A stretch of DNA of 32,000 bases, taken from an uncultured bacterium (GTDB lineage Bacteria > Patescibacteriota > Gracilibacteria > UBA1369 > PNNO01). The first letter of the stretch is position 1, and the number at the start of each line of letters is the position of its first letter. Where the stretch lies: positions 1,260,001 through 1,292,000 of the forward strand of contig OY969931.1 in assembly GCA_963704705.1 (NCBI GenBank), in the 5' to 3' direction. Made by a program: the position numbers and the translations under genes. Positions 1 through 11,200 of this stretch are shown in pieces. The notes beneath the pieces were generated by a model that worked only from the letters and a program-made list of their open reading frames with translations, made no database searches and was not told where the DNA came from.

Positions 1-426
1 TTTTTCAATCAGTCCTTTCAGCCTTTCTTCTTCTTTGTCTTTTTCCTGCTGAGCTTTTGCTGGGCCTTTTTCTGCCACAAATTTTTCTTTTTTTGCTTTA
101 TAAATCACGCCTCTTATTCCATCCAAAAGTCTTTCCCTTTCCTGTGCGCTTGATTCCTTGGCTTTTTCAATAAATTCATTTGTTTTTTTACCTTCGTATG
201 AATCCAAAAAATTCATTAACATCGGTTTTTGATACCATTCACTATTTTCTTTAACAAAACTTCTTAAATTTTTTGTATCTTTCAATTTAAGTACATTTTC
301 CATTCTATAAACCTGATACTGCATTTCTTTTGCGAACAGGTTTTTTGACTCAGGAGCCTCTACGCCCTTTTCAACTGCTCCAACTGCTTGTTCTGCGCCT
401 TTTTTTAATGCTGTTACCGGAGGCAT
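1..426 (-). CDS. Partial hypothetical protein (starts MPPVTALKKGAEQAVGAVEKGVEAPESKNLFAKEMQYQVYRM...), runs off the left edge
   Basis: Open minus-strand frame from ATG (complement of 424-426) to the window edge, starting just after the stop of the 429..737 gene. It is absent from the ORF track, probably because it is truncated. Confidence 0.7.
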   Translation of the reverse strand, partial: MPPVTALKKGAEQAVGAVEKGVEAPESKNLFAKEMQYQVYRMENVLKLKDTKNLRSFVKENSEWYQKPMLMNFLDSYEGKKTNEFIEKAKESSAQERERLLDGIRGVIYKAKKEKFVAEKGPAKAQQEKDKEEERLKGLIEK

Positions 427-428
427 TT

Positions 429-737
429 TTATTTTTGATTAACAGATATTTTTAAAACATCTCTCTCATCTTTGAAGACTGTTTTAAGAGCGTGCATTTG
501 ATATTCATCCAAATCTTTCATTACATCCGGAAACTGAGCGGACAAATCATTAAGTATATTGTCGGTTCGTCTTTTTGAACCCAAAAGAAGCTGGAATAAT
601 TCAGTTAGTTCCTGCTTGTTCAAAAGCGGCATTAACTCAGAAATATCCCGCTTTTCTTCCAAAGATAAAAGCAAAGAATTATCAAGAAGTAATTTCACAA
701 CTTCGCGAAGCGCTTTTTCAGTATCTGTATTTTCCAT
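429..737 (-). CDS. Hypothetical helical protein, 102 aa
   Basis: Intact ORF, tightly spaced with the downstream partial gene; charged Leu-rich helical composition. Confidence 0.7.
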   Translation of the reverse strand: MENTDTEKALREVVKLLLDNSLLLSLEEKRDISELMPLLNKQELTELFQLLLGSKRRTDNILNDLSAQFPDVMKDLDEYQMHALKTVFKDERDVLKISVNQK

Positions 738-806
738 TTTTTTTGTATTTGTTATTTTTGATTTTTATTAATTTATTATACCAAAAAATCGCCTTTTTCT
801 CAAGCC

Positions 807-1679
807 CTAAGTGAAGGCATGCTTGTATCTCCTGAATTTTTTATCGATCAACAAGTCGCCCTGATGCTCGAGTTCATGGTGGCCTTTGCACAATGCTTTT
901 AAGTCATCATGCTTTTTAAATATAGCCCATGGTTTTGTATGATGAATTTCTTCAGCCGGTTTATTGCAGCCCGGAACTTCGCAAATTTTTGGCATTTCTC
1001 TCTTTTGTTTGGCTGACGCATTTCGTGATTTGTTCAGCCGTTGTTTATACTCGCGTATTGGTGCTTCAGATAATAATTTATCTGCAACCATTCTAATAAC
1101 TTCATCCCAGCCCAAGGCTTCACCCTTTTCTTTTTCAAATTTCTGCTTAATGAGTCTTAATTTAATTATTGTTTTCGGATCCAAATCCATTCCAAACCTT
1201 TCACGATTTGACATATATCGATTTTGCGTTTTCAGGTCCTGCTCCTCCGACTCCATGTTTTGCTCATCAAATAAAGAAAAATTGGCATTTTGATCCTGCT
1301 CCGTCCCGGGACGGATATCTTTAATATAAGTCGAAAGTGCATTTCTTGTCATTGTTTTCGCTTTATTGGCCCAAAATGAATCGGTTTCTTTTTTGGCAAC
1401 ATTTTCAACAACCCTGAGTTTGCTTAAACCAACTTCAGAAATTAAAGCTTTTAATTTCGGCATCTCTTTAAATTTCTCATCGAACCGAATAACTTCATCA
1501 ACAACATTATGGCTAACACCTGCCATTTTTGCCGCAAATTCATAAATCGAACAATAACCGCGCTTTTTATACAATCGTCTTCGGTATACTTCCGGAAGCA
1601 AAGCAACAAATTTATTTTTCCATTTACGCGCCTTGCGGCCATATTCCTGACAAAGTTTATATAGTTCTTTATCCGTCAT
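807..1679 (-). CDS. HNH endonuclease-domain protein
   Basis: C-terminal CEVPGCNKPAEEIHHTKPWAIFKKHDDLKALCKGHHELEHQGD matches the HNH pattern (CxxC, HH, CxxHHELEH). Confidence 0.85.
   Translation of the reverse strand: MTDKELYKLCQEYGRKARKWKNKFVALLPEVYRRRLYKKRGYCSIYEFAAKMAGVSHNVVDEVIRFDEKFKEMPKLKALISEVGLSKLRVVENVAKKETDSFWANKAKTMTRNALSTYIKDIRPGTEQDQNANFSLFDEQNMESEEQDLKTQNRYMSNRERFGMDLDPKTIIKLRLIKQKFEKEKGEALGWDEVIRMVADKLLSEAPIREYKQRLNKSRNASAKQKREMPKICEVPGCNKPAEEIHHTKPWAIFKKHDDLKALCKGHHELEHQGDLLIDKKFRRYKHAFT
1300..1315. repeat. 16-bp perfect palindrome TCCGTCCCGGGACGGA inside the HNH gene
   Basis: Direct reading; self-reverse-complementary. 13 bp (TCCGTCCCGGGAC) recur at 30973-30985. Confidence 0.8.
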
Positions 1680-1793
1680 GTTTATTTTGTTAAATTTATG
1701 TTTGAATTATATCAAAAAAGCCAATTGATTTCATGTATTTCAGCTGGACTTTTTAGGATAAATGGTGTGCAGATACTCACCTAAAATTTATCG

Positions 1794-3365
1794 CTAAATT
1801 TTATCAATAACCTGAGCAATTATATATGCTGCCTCACCTCTGCCGATTTCTTCTTCAGCAACAAAAGTCGAGCCGTTATATAATCCGTTGCTAACCGCCC
1901 AATCCATATAAGGCTTATACCACTCCTGGCCAGGCTTAACAGTTGGCAAACTAATTCCCGCGCTTTCCAAAGCCATTTTTATTGCTTCGACACGATTGAC
2001 TTTTTGATCCGGTTTAAATGTCCCGTCCGGATATCCCTGAACCATTTTATAAGCCACTCCGCTTAAAACATAAGGGAAATACCACTCGCCATCGTTCGTA
2101 TCTTTAAACGGATTAACAAAATCACTACCGCGCGTTTCAGCAAACCAGTATTTGGATGTATCGCGCGCAAAACTATTCAATGCCATTTTTAAAATTTCCG
2201 CTCTGTTAACTTTATCAACCGGCTTAAAAAGCAGACTATCGCCCTGACCTTTAACAATTCCAAGGTCAGCAAGATAAGTAATTGCATTATTAAAAATCGT
2301 ATTAATATCCACATCTTTAAAATATAAAACCGGCCCAAAATCTTTATCTTTTAATACATCCTTTATCACTCTCCAGTTCATTTTATCTTCTTTTCCGAGT
2401 CTCCAAATTGCAATTCCTCCCAAATCATATTTTTCAACAAGATCGAGTTTCGGCTTAATACTGACATGATTTTCAAACCAAACTTCATGCGGTATTTTTG
2501 GATCTCTCTCGTCAAATTCACTTATGTAAAAAAGTCTGTTTGTTTGTGTCGCGGGATCATACTGAAAATCCACACCATATTTGCTTAAAATAAGCTGGAT
2601 AGTGTCGTATGTATAGCTTGCAAAATAATCTCCGCTCCATCCATATCCATAAAAAGGAATGCCCAAATAAATTTTTTCTTTTGGTACATTATCAACCGCA
2701 TACTGAACAACTTCTTCCACCCAGTAATAAGGCGCTACAGGCCTTGGCACACTTCCGCTCCATCCATAATCATAAGTCATAATTCTGAACTCATCCACGT
2801 ATTGAGATAGAGCTTTCCAGTCCTGACCCCTGTCTCCAAACTTTAATAAAGTGGGATAAGATTTTGCCTGAATCGCAATCGTAAGTTTTTTATTATAATG
2901 ATTGAGTTCTTCGCGAAGATCCTTGATAAAAGCCGTAAAAGCCTCCTTGTCTTCGCTGTGGAGTCCTTCGTAATCTATATCGATCCCGTCATAATTAAAT
3001 TTTCGAACCAGGTCCACAATATTTTGAATACTAGATTTTTTTATTTCAGGATCATTAATAATTCCGCTTACCAAATCGCCGCTAAAAGAATTTGATATTG
3101 TTGGAATAATTGTTACACCATTATCTTTCGCAAATTTAATCAACTCCTGATTCTCACCATCCTTTGGTGGAGCCAAAGTGCCATCATTATTCAGATGATA
3201 CCAAAAAGGCGAAATTGTATTTATTGTATCCACATTATCTTTAAACGATTGAAATGCTTCATCGGTTTCCCACGATGGAAGCCATGCAGAAACATTGTAT
3301 TCTTTTGCCAAAGCAGTTGGAGCAATGAGCGCAAAAGCGCAAATAACAAGAAGTGTTTTTTTCAT
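1794..3365 (-). CDS. Secreted glycoside hydrolase family 18 protein with C-terminal S-layer homology (SLH) repeats
   Basis: Signal peptide MKKTLLVICAFALIAPTALA; GH18 catalytic motif FDGIDIDYEG; SLH-like repeats (YFKDVD...VNRAEILKMAL; FKDTNDGEWYFPYVLSGVAYKMVQGYPDGTFKPDQKVNRVEAIKMAL; YKPYMDWAVSNGLYNG...IGRGEAAYIIAQVI). The start is trimmed from the track's 3617 to the Met preceding the signal peptide. Confidence 0.93.
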   Translation of the reverse strand: MKKTLLVICAFALIAPTALAKEYNVSAWLPSWETDEAFQSFKDNVDTINTISPFWYHLNNDGTLAPPKDGENQELIKFAKDNGVTIIPTISNSFSGDLVSGIINDPEIKKSSIQNIVDLVRKFNYDGIDIDYEGLHSEDKEAFTAFIKDLREELNHYNKKLTIAIQAKSYPTLLKFGDRGQDWKALSQYVDEFRIMTYDYGWSGSVPRPVAPYYWVEEVVQYAVDNVPKEKIYLGIPFYGYGWSGDYFASYTYDTIQLILSKYGVDFQYDPATQTNRLFYISEFDERDPKIPHEVWFENHVSIKPKLDLVEKYDLGGIAIWRLGKEDKMNWRVIKDVLKDKDFGPVLYFKDVDINTIFNNAITYLADLGIVKGQGDSLLFKPVDKVNRAEILKMALNSFARDTSKYWFAETRGSDFVNPFKDTNDGEWYFPYVLSGVAYKMVQGYPDGTFKPDQKVNRVEAIKMALESAGISLPTVKPGQEWYKPYMDWAVSNGLYNGSTFVAEEEIGRGEAAYIIAQVIDKI

Positions 3366-3369
3366 ATAA

Positions 3370-5643
3370 TTACTTATCAGGTGGAATATTATAGTAATCA
3401 AAAAGGAAACTTGCAATATCACTAAAAATCGGCGCAGCGGTTTCAGATCCCCATTCACTCGCGCGCGGTCTGTCCAGTTTAACCAAAACAACAAATCTCG
3501 GGTTATCCACAGGCCCATAACCTGCAAAAGATGCGATTGTTGTACCTGCACCTTCCAGAGGTTCACCCCATTTATAAGTTTGGGATGTCCCTGTTTTTCC
3601 GGCAACATAATGGCCATCTACCTGACCTTTTTTAGCAACACCATTTTCAACTGAACTCACAAGCATTGCGGTAATTTTATTTGAAGTGTCTTCGCTGATC
3701 GCCTGCCCGATTACAGCTGGTTCAGTATATACGGTTTTCCCGCTACCATCAGTGATTGAATCTACAATATAGGGCTGCATAAGTGTTCCCTTATTGGCCA
3801 AAGCAGCATAAGCATTAACCATTTGCAAAGGTGTAACAGCAATACCCTGTCCAAATCCATGAGTGGCCAACTCAGAATCAGCCCATTGTGTAAAATATTC
3901 AACCTTTCCGGCTTCTTCTGTTTCAAATTCAATACCTGTTTTTTCTCCGAGTCCGAATTTCATCATATAACTGTAAAACAAATTTCTTCCGATTTTCTTG
4001 GCTACATAAGCCATTCCCACATTTGATGACTGTTCCAAAATGTTTGTCATTGTCTGAGTTCCCCTGTATTCGTTTGTTGAATTTCTGATTTCAAATTCAT
4101 CTACTTTAACCGGACCCGATTCGTAGAAAGTGCTGTTAGGAGTAACATCGCCATCATCAATTGCAGCAGCCATTGCAATAGGTTTAAATACTGAACCCGG
4201 TTCATAAATAGCAGCTACTATTTTATTTTGATAAACCTCCGGACCGAACCAATTTTCATATCTTTCATAAACAGGTTCTTTGCCTTCTTCAATATCCTTA
4301 AATACCTGAAATTTATCATCAGTATCATAATTTCTGTAAAAATTAAATTGAGTTTCGCTTTCATCAATTGGAACCAAACTATCCACTTCTTCCGGAGTAA
4401 ATTCCACATCAACCTTTTTAAATGCCTCAGAATAATTATTCGGATCAAACGTAGGATAATGTGCCATTGCAATAACTTTTGATGTTTTTGGATCAAGTAT
4501 CACAACCTGGCCGCTGTTTGCATTGTAGCGTTTAACTCCTGCGGCAAGTATTCTTTCGACTTCAAGCTCGATGGTTCTATCAATTGTTAACGTAATATTA
4601 TCACCATTAACAGCAGGCTCAATTACACTGTCGCCAACGGTAATCTGGCGGTTTTCAGCATCTTTTTGAGCTTTAAAAACACCATTTTTACCTCTCAGTA
4701 ATTTATCAAAACTTTCTTCAAGTCCATATTGTCCATTCCCCTCTGTATCAACAAATCCCAAAATATTAGCGGCTAAACTGCCTTCAGGATAAAATCTGGA
4801 ATACTCCTCTTTAAATCCTATACCCAAATAGTTGTGTTCACCGGGATGCTCGTCTTCATCTTTTTGAATTATCTCCCTTAGTTTTCGTGACCTTTCAGCT
4901 TCAACTTTTGTTGCGATAATTTCATATCTGTCTTCACCAATAAGTAATTGTTCAAGCCATGGAGCAGCAACGCCTAAATCTTCACTTAAAGCAATTGCCG
5001 TGTATCTTTTATCATAAATTCTTGCTGGATAGGCATATAAATTTCCTCCTCTGATTTCAATTCCATTTAGATTTTTTTTTGCAATGCCATCCAAGATATC
5101 TTGGGGTAAAGTATCATCAAGTAGAATTTCATCTCGTATTTCCATACTAACTTTCTTCAAAATAGTCTGATAAAATGAAGCTTTAAGTTCTTCATCTGAA
5201 AGCGGCTGAACACGATCATACGCTTCCATGTTACCTGTTCTTTTAAACTCACGTTTTTCTTCAATCATTCTTTGATTATCCTTTTCGCGTTCAGTATTCA
5301 AATCAAATAATGTTTCAGCCAATGCGCTGGCAACCATAGTTTTGTTAACGATTTGCTTCGGATCAACAAAAACAAGATCCAATGTTGTATTTGATGCAAC
5401 TGTGTAAGTTTCTCCATTTGTGTAGTCGTTAACTAAAATCTCTCCTCTTTTTGCAGGAAGTTCCGTATAACCCTGATGCGCTTTTGCCGCTGCATCATTA
5501 TAAAAATCATACCTTATAACCTGCAGATAAAATAACCTTATCATAATAATAAAACAGGAAACCCCAACTATTACCATTAAAAAAGTAATGGTATTAAATT
5601 GAAGTGTTCGCGCTGATTTTCTTCTATTGGTAGTGTAACTCAT
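3370..5643 (-). CDS. Penicillin-binding protein transpeptidase (FtsI/PBP2-like)
   Basis: N-terminal TM; SxxK in YEPGSVFKPIAMA, SxN in EQSSNVGMAYV, KTGTS in VAGKTGTSQTYKWG. Confidence 0.95.
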   Translation of the reverse strand: MSYTTNRRKSARTLQFNTITFLMVIVGVSCFIIMIRLFYLQVIRYDFYNDAAAKAHQGYTELPAKRGEILVNDYTNGETYTVASNTTLDLVFVDPKQIVNKTMVASALAETLFDLNTEREKDNQRMIEEKREFKRTGNMEAYDRVQPLSDEELKASFYQTILKKVSMEIRDEILLDDTLPQDILDGIAKKNLNGIEIRGGNLYAYPARIYDKRYTAIALSEDLGVAAPWLEQLLIGEDRYEIIATKVEAERSRKLREIIQKDEDEHPGEHNYLGIGFKEEYSRFYPEGSLAANILGFVDTEGNGQYGLEESFDKLLRGKNGVFKAQKDAENRQITVGDSVIEPAVNGDNITLTIDRTIELEVERILAAGVKRYNANSGQVVILDPKTSKVIAMAHYPTFDPNNYSEAFKKVDVEFTPEEVDSLVPIDESETQFNFYRNYDTDDKFQVFKDIEEGKEPVYERYENWFGPEVYQNKIVAAIYEPGSVFKPIAMAAAIDDGDVTPNSTFYESGPVKVDEFEIRNSTNEYRGTQTMTNILEQSSNVGMAYVAKKIGRNLFYSYMMKFGLGEKTGIEFETEEAGKVEYFTQWADSELATHGFGQGIAVTPLQMVNAYAALANKGTLMQPYIVDSITDGSGKTVYTEPAVIGQAISEDTSNKITAMLVSSVENGVAKKGQVDGHYVAGKTGTSQTYKWGEPLEGAGTTIASFAGYGPVDNPRFVVLVKLDRPRASEWGSETAAPIFSDIASFLFDYYNIPPDK

Positions 5644-5722
5644 GGACTCACATTGTAATAAAAAATATTAGTAAAGGAAAGAGATCAATGTTATCCTCAA
5701 ATAAGTAATTAATTCAAATACT

Positions 5723-6985
5723 ATGCATAAGAAAATCACCCTTCCAAATAATTTAAGAATTATCACTGAAAAACAAGAAAGCACAAAGGCGGTAACAATC
5801 CTTATTCTTGCCGGTGCAGGCTCGCGATACGAATCAAAAGATATTTGCGGGATCTCGCATTTTCTTGAACACATGTTTTTTAAAGGAGCAAAAAAATTTA
5901 AAAATACCAAAGAAGTAAGCGAAGCAATTGATTCTATAGGTGGAGATTTCAATGCGTTCACAGGCAAAGAATATGCTGGTTATTACGTTAAAGCCGCCAG
6001 CGACCAAATAGAAGTTGCTATGGATGTTCTTTCAGACATGCTTCTTCACGCACGTTTCGATCCAAAAGAAATCGATAAAGAACGCGGCGTGATTCTGGAA
6101 GAATACAATATGTATCAAGATACCCCTATGTATCAAATAGGATGGGATTTTGAAAAACTTGTATTTGGCGACCAGCCGCTGGGCCGCGACCAAATCGGCA
6201 CTCCGGAATTTATAAAATCCGTGACTCAGGAGCAGTTTCAAACTTATAAAAACAAACTCTACACGCCCGACAATATAGTATTAACATTGGCTGGTGATAT
6301 TGATTATGACAAAATGATGCCGCTTCTTGAAAAATATTTCGCATTCGAAAACGAAGCAAAATCATATAATTTTGACCCATACAAAAAGCCTGAGAATAGC
6401 CGTAAAATCTATCTTCATGAAAAATCCACAGAACAAGCGCATGTTGTTGTGGGCGGCCAATCCTACAAAGAAACTCACCCAATGCACTGGGCTGAAAAAC
6501 TTCTCGCAGTAATTCTCGGCGGAAACATGAGCTCACGAATGTTTCTGAATGTCCGCGAAGCAAAAGGCCTTTGTTATTACATAAGTACAAGCGCTGACAA
6601 TTTTATTGATACTGGAATTTTTTCAACCAGCGCAGGTGTTAATGTTGATGGAATTGATGATGCAGTCAAAGGAATCCTCGTTGAATACTCAAAAATCCGC
6701 GAAGATCGCGTTGATGAAAAAGAGCTGCAAAAAGCCAAAAACTTCATGAAAGGCAAAATGGTTCTTCGCCTCGAAGACTCAGAACAGCAAGCTCACATCC
6801 TCGGCAAATACGAACTTTTGCACGGCAGAATCATGACATTAAAAGAAATAATGGACGAGCTCGATAAAGTAACCATAGACCAAATCCAGCAGGTTGCCCA
6901 AGACATTCTTGCACCTTCGAATCTGCACATCGGAGTTATCGGCCCTTACGGAGATGCTTCGCGATTTGAGAAAATGCTTAATTAG
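5723..6985 (+). CDS. M16-family zinc peptidase
   Basis: Inverted zinc motif HxxEH in GISHFLEHMFFKGAKKF; downstream acidic region and MSSRMFLNVREAKGLCYYIS typical of M16. Confidence 0.95.
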   Translation: MHKKITLPNNLRIITEKQESTKAVTILILAGAGSRYESKDICGISHFLEHMFFKGAKKFKNTKEVSEAIDSIGGDFNAFTGKEYAGYYVKAASDQIEVAMDVLSDMLLHARFDPKEIDKERGVILEEYNMYQDTPMYQIGWDFEKLVFGDQPLGRDQIGTPEFIKSVTQEQFQTYKNKLYTPDNIVLTLAGDIDYDKMMPLLEKYFAFENEAKSYNFDPYKKPENSRKIYLHEKSTEQAHVVVGGQSYKETHPMHWAEKLLAVILGGNMSSRMFLNVREAKGLCYYISTSADNFIDTGIFSTSAGVNVDGIDDAVKGILVEYSKIREDRVDEKELQKAKNFMKGKMVLRLEDSEQQAHILGKYELLHGRIMTLKEIMDELDKVTIDQIQQVAQDILAPSNLHIGVIGPYGDASRFEKMLN

Positions 6986-7406
6986 ACCACAAATACGGCC
7001 ATTTATAATATCTATCAACCAAACCTGCCTTAACAGGATTATTCAAGATATACTTTTTTACTCTAGCCAATTCAATCCCTACATTTACTTCTTTGTGACA
7101 AAATCTTCCCTCGAAAACATGACCTGTATGATTCCTTGTTCTATTAAAATATCTTGCATATGAATACTGTAAAACCTGACTGAATTTTGAAATATTTTTA
7201 GCAAAATGATCGCTTCTTAACAAGATATGAAAGTGATTTGGCATCACACAACCCACTTGAGTTTCAATCAAATACTTTTTTGCAAATTGACTTATTTTAA
7301 ACAAAAAAAAGCGATAATCCTGGTCGTCTCTGAATATTAACCTTTTAGAAACAGCTCGATTATAAATATGATAGTACGTATTTTTTCGCAAAGAAGGATA
7401 CCTCAT
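6978..7406 (-). CDS. REP-associated tyrosine transposase-like protein (RAYT / Y1_Tnp, IS200-like)
   Basis: NTYYHIYNRAVSKRLIF, HUH motif in VMPNHFHILLR, conserved QYSYARYFNRTRNHTGHVFEGRF with catalytic Tyr candidates, and YILNNPVKAGLV. Confidence 0.9.
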   Translation of the reverse strand: MRYPSLRKNTYYHIYNRAVSKRLIFRDDQDYRFFLFKISQFAKKYLIETQVGCVMPNHFHILLRSDHFAKNISKFSQVLQYSYARYFNRTRNHTGHVFEGRFCHKEVNVGIELARVKKYILNNPVKAGLVDRYYKWPYLWSN

Positions 7407-7476
7407 GGCAATATTATCCCAAATAAAAATTAAAAAAATCTAAAATTTTTTTAAAATTTTTCTCCTCAAATCAACC

Positions 7477-7505
7477 TCGTCGCACGAACTGTGTTCGTGC
7501 GACGA
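7477..7505. repeat. Perfect 13-bp inverted repeat (TCGTCGCACGAAC-TGT-GTTCGTGCGACGA), possible RAYT substrate hairpin
   Basis: Direct reading; lies about 70 bp upstream of the RAYT start codon, in the intergenic region. Confidence 0.85.
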
Positions 7506-7641
7506 ATCCACTTCGACGGGAAAACCAAAACATATCCACAAAAAACCGCAACCTACACAAGCCACGGTTGTTATTGTAAGTGCAAGCCAAATAAGGCACA
7601 CTTAATTTTAGGCATATTAATTCATACTAATCCTTATAAAT

Positions 7642-8220
7642 ATGAACACAACCGACCTTTCCGAGAAGGTCCAGCAGGAAATAATTGAGGAGTTCAAGAA
7701 TAACCCCGACGCGTTCGAAAAAATTTACAATTTTTACTACGAGCGCATCCTCAAGTATTTACTTAAAAGGACCGCTTCAGCTGAGGCCGCATACGACCTC
7801 ACAGCTGACACCTTTATAAAAGCGTTCGAGTCATTTCATAAGTTTAAATGGACCGGCATTTCTGTAAAAGTCTGGCTTTACCGCATTGCAATAAATGCAT
7901 TGAAAAACCACAGAAGAAAGCCACAAAGCCAAGTTCTTACTGCTGAGATGGAAGGCATGGAAATCCTTGCGACAAATGCAAAAGAAGAACTCGAAGAATT
8001 AGACAAGGCAATGCACGGAGACGAAGACCTAAGCAAGCTGAGTGATGCAGTGGCAACTCTAAATCCAAAATATCAAAACATAGTTTCTCTGCATTATTTC
8101 GAAGGAATGTCACACAAAGAAATCGCGCACACAATACAAAGATCAGAAAGTGCAGTTAAATCAATGATGCACAGAGCACTTGAAAATTTACGTCAATTAT
8201 TAGCAACTAACACTATATAA
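7642..8220 (+). CDS. RNA polymerase ECF-type sigma factor
   Basis: Sigma-70 region 2 (AFEKIYNFYYERILKYLLKRTASAEAAYDLTADTFIKAFE...KVWLYRIAINAL) and region 4 (LNPKYQNIVSLHYFEGMSHKEIAHTIQRSESAVKSMMHRALENLRQLL). Confidence 0.92.
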   Translation: MNTTDLSEKVQQEIIEEFKNNPDAFEKIYNFYYERILKYLLKRTASAEAAYDLTADTFIKAFESFHKFKWTGISVKVWLYRIAINALKNHRRKPQSQVLTAEMEGMEILATNAKEELEELDKAMHGDEDLSKLSDAVATLNPKYQNIVSLHYFEGMSHKEIAHTIQRSESAVKSMMHRALENLRQLLATNTI

Positions 8221-8222
8221 CA

Positions 8223-11200
8223 ATGGAAAATAACTATACAAACAGGAAGGTCGACCGTATTGAGGTCGATAAGTCCCAAAAATATCTCTGGAAGTATATC
8301 CAGGAAAAAAAGCATCTTGGCCTTAGCCAGCAAACAGCAAAAGCCAAAAAGGCGCATAATTCTTCTTGGTTCACGCCTAAAAAGTTTGCTTGGCTAGGAA
8401 CAATTGCGGCGCTCACAATTATTGCTGTTCTTGTCGTGCCAAATCTGCAAAATTTACTAAAAGGTGACATTACCGGCCAATCGATGATTGCAAATGCGCA
8501 TTTTACAATGACCGCAGACTCGCAGGATTCAGCCGGAATCGACAGCAAATCTTCTTTCACGCTCACCTCTGATGTTGATTTGGATGCTGCGTTGATTGAA
8601 GCGAATTTGGAATCGCTGCCAACCATTGATCTTAATGTTACTAAGATTGAAGCAGGAAAATATAAAGTGGAACCAGCGCAAAATCTTGAATCAAATACTA
8701 TATATAACTTCACGATCACAAGTGTTAATGAAGGCAAAACCGAAGAATTCAGCTGGGCTTATCAGGTTAAAGATGAATTTAAAATTTACGGATCAATGCC
8801 GGGTGACAAAACAACAAGCGTGCCTATTAATAGCGGAATCGAAATCGCATTCTCGCATGAAAATTACGACACAGAACAAGTAAAAAATTATTTTGAAATT
8901 TCACCTGCAACCGAAGGTTCATTTGAAAAACACAACAGAGTATTGGTTTTTGTTCCGACAAAAGGCTTAAATCCAAGCACAATTTACACTGTAACCGTTA
9001 AAGCAGGTTTACCTTTAAAAGATTCAGATAAAAAACTCGCTGAAGATTTCTCATTCAGTTTTGAAACTTCTAATGTAAGTTCAACAGGCGGTACAAACTT
9101 TTATTTTAATCAGGATTATTACGAGATCGGCACAAACATGCCGGTTGCAATGGGAGCTGCATGGTATGGCATGACTGATGAAGCAACTGACAACACTGTA
9201 AATGTTAAAATCCACAAATTTAAATCTGAAGAAGATTACATAAAAGTAGTTAAAGAGCGAAACGAAATTCCTTCATGGGCTCGCTATGCAAAAGAGAATT
9301 ACGCTTACAATCGTGATCAAATGAATTATATGGGTGAGTTCGACGGCACCATTGAAGAAATTGAATACAGCAAATTTATTTATGTCCCAACTGCCCAGCT
9401 TGAGCCTGGATTTTACCTGTTCACAGCCCAAAACAACGATAAAGTTTCAACCACACTGGTTCAGATCACTGATCTTTCAAGCTATATCAATCTTACAAAA
9501 GACGGCAATTTGGTTTGGGTAAATGATGTTTCAACAGGACAGCCTGTTAATAACGCAACTGTTGAATTATTGGATGAAAATAAATCAATCAAAACAAATG
9601 CAGATGGTATCGCTACATTTAATATGGATTTCTCAGATACTGGAAGCATTATTATAAAAGTCACTTCTCCTGACGGAAAAGTTCAGATTTCAAACTTATA
9701 TATTAATGAATACCAAAAAGAAGCAGCGAATTTAGCTGATTACTGGTATACATTTACAACTGACAGACCAGTTTACCAGCCCAGTGATACAATAGAATTC
9801 TGGGGCTTCTTAAAGCCTAAATCAGGCGACACGCAGGTTGGTGAAATTAAGGCTGAATTATATCAGGGTGGATATTTCTGGAACCTCGGAACTTATAGCG
9901 AAGAAGTTATCGCTGAAAAAGGCAATAACAATACTTTCCATGGAAATCTAGAAACTCAGGATCTGCCACCGGGTTATTACACACTAAGTATATATAATGA
10001 CGACGAGTTAATTTCGCAGGAATATATTGAAATTGTCAGTTATGCAAAACCTTCATATCAAATAGATGTGACAACTGATAAAAGAGCTATTTTCTACGAT
10101 GAAAAAATCAAAGTTGATATTATAAGCAGGTTCTTTGATGGTACGCCTGTGCCATTCCTTAAACTTTATTATAATGTTGCAGATCAGCTTACCACTGATG
10201 CAAACGGCAAATACAGTTTTGAATACACTCCTAAATCAGACTTTTATTGTTCTGATGACGGGCAATCTTGCGAAAATTTTCGCAATGAATATTTAACTTT
10301 TGATCCGGTTCCAAAAGAAGATTCCATGATTTCGGGTAAAGCCAATGTTAGGGTTTTCAAATCGCGTATTGCAATTAAAGCTAAGACTAAAACTGAGAAC
10401 AATATTGCGAATGTAAAAATCACAACTAATAAAGTTGATTTAACACCTTTAAATGAAGATGAAAACGCAGGCTACAACGATTACCTGGGAGAAGCAGCGC
10501 CAAATAGAGATATCAAAGGAAAACTAATTGAATTTTGGTGGGATAAAATCGAAACCGGTGAACATTATGATTTTATAAATAAAATTACAGTTAAAGAATA
10601 CAGATATGAAACCAGAGAAAATATTGTTGGCGAAATAAGTCTTTCTTCAGATGCAAACGGTGAAGCAGAATATAATTTTGAAATGCAGCCAAATAAACAT
10701 TACAGAGTAGTTCTAAATGCTGCTGATGATCAGGGTAAACTTTCTCATACAACCGCTTACGCTTATGGCAAAACAACAAACAATGATGAGTACAAAAGAA
10801 TAAAAATATTAAATTCAGAAGAAGAATACGGCCCTTATAAATTTGAGCTTGGCAAAGCAGTTGAAACCGCGATTGTTGCGCAGGACAGCGTTATCACACC
10901 TAAAGAGAATGAAAAATACTTATTCATGCAGCTAAATAACGGCTTAACCGAATATGCTGTTAAAGCCAGTCCTACTTACAACTTCACCTTCAAGCAGGCG
11001 CAGGTTCCTGGTGTTAGAGTTGAGGGCATAATTTTCACAGGTAAATATTATGAAACTGTGTGGGGTGATACTGTTATGTATGATCCAAAAGAAAAAACAA
11101 TTAATGTTGAGGTAAAAGCTAACAAAGATACTTTTGAACCCGGCGAAAAAGCCACTTTAACAGTTAAAACAACAGACCTAAACGGAAAACCTGTTTCAGC

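Noticed and set aside
3366-3617. N-terminal 84-aa extension of the GH18 ORF in the supplied track
   Set aside because: It overlaps the end of the upstream PBP gene and precedes a canonical signal peptide starting at 3365, so it is not a real part of the protein.
6978-7520. Complete insertion sequence with defined ends
   Set aside because: Only one clear hairpin was found and no matching left-end element or target duplication, so only a stand-alone RAYT gene with a nearby palindrome is claimed.
8234-8737. Antisense ORFs across the A2M, PBP, MgtE and other genes (e.g. 8234..8737 -, 3823..4026 +, 12938..13195 -, 29476..30060 +)
   Set aside because: They lie opposite strongly supported genes, lack recognisable motifs, and look like by-products of the real coding frames.
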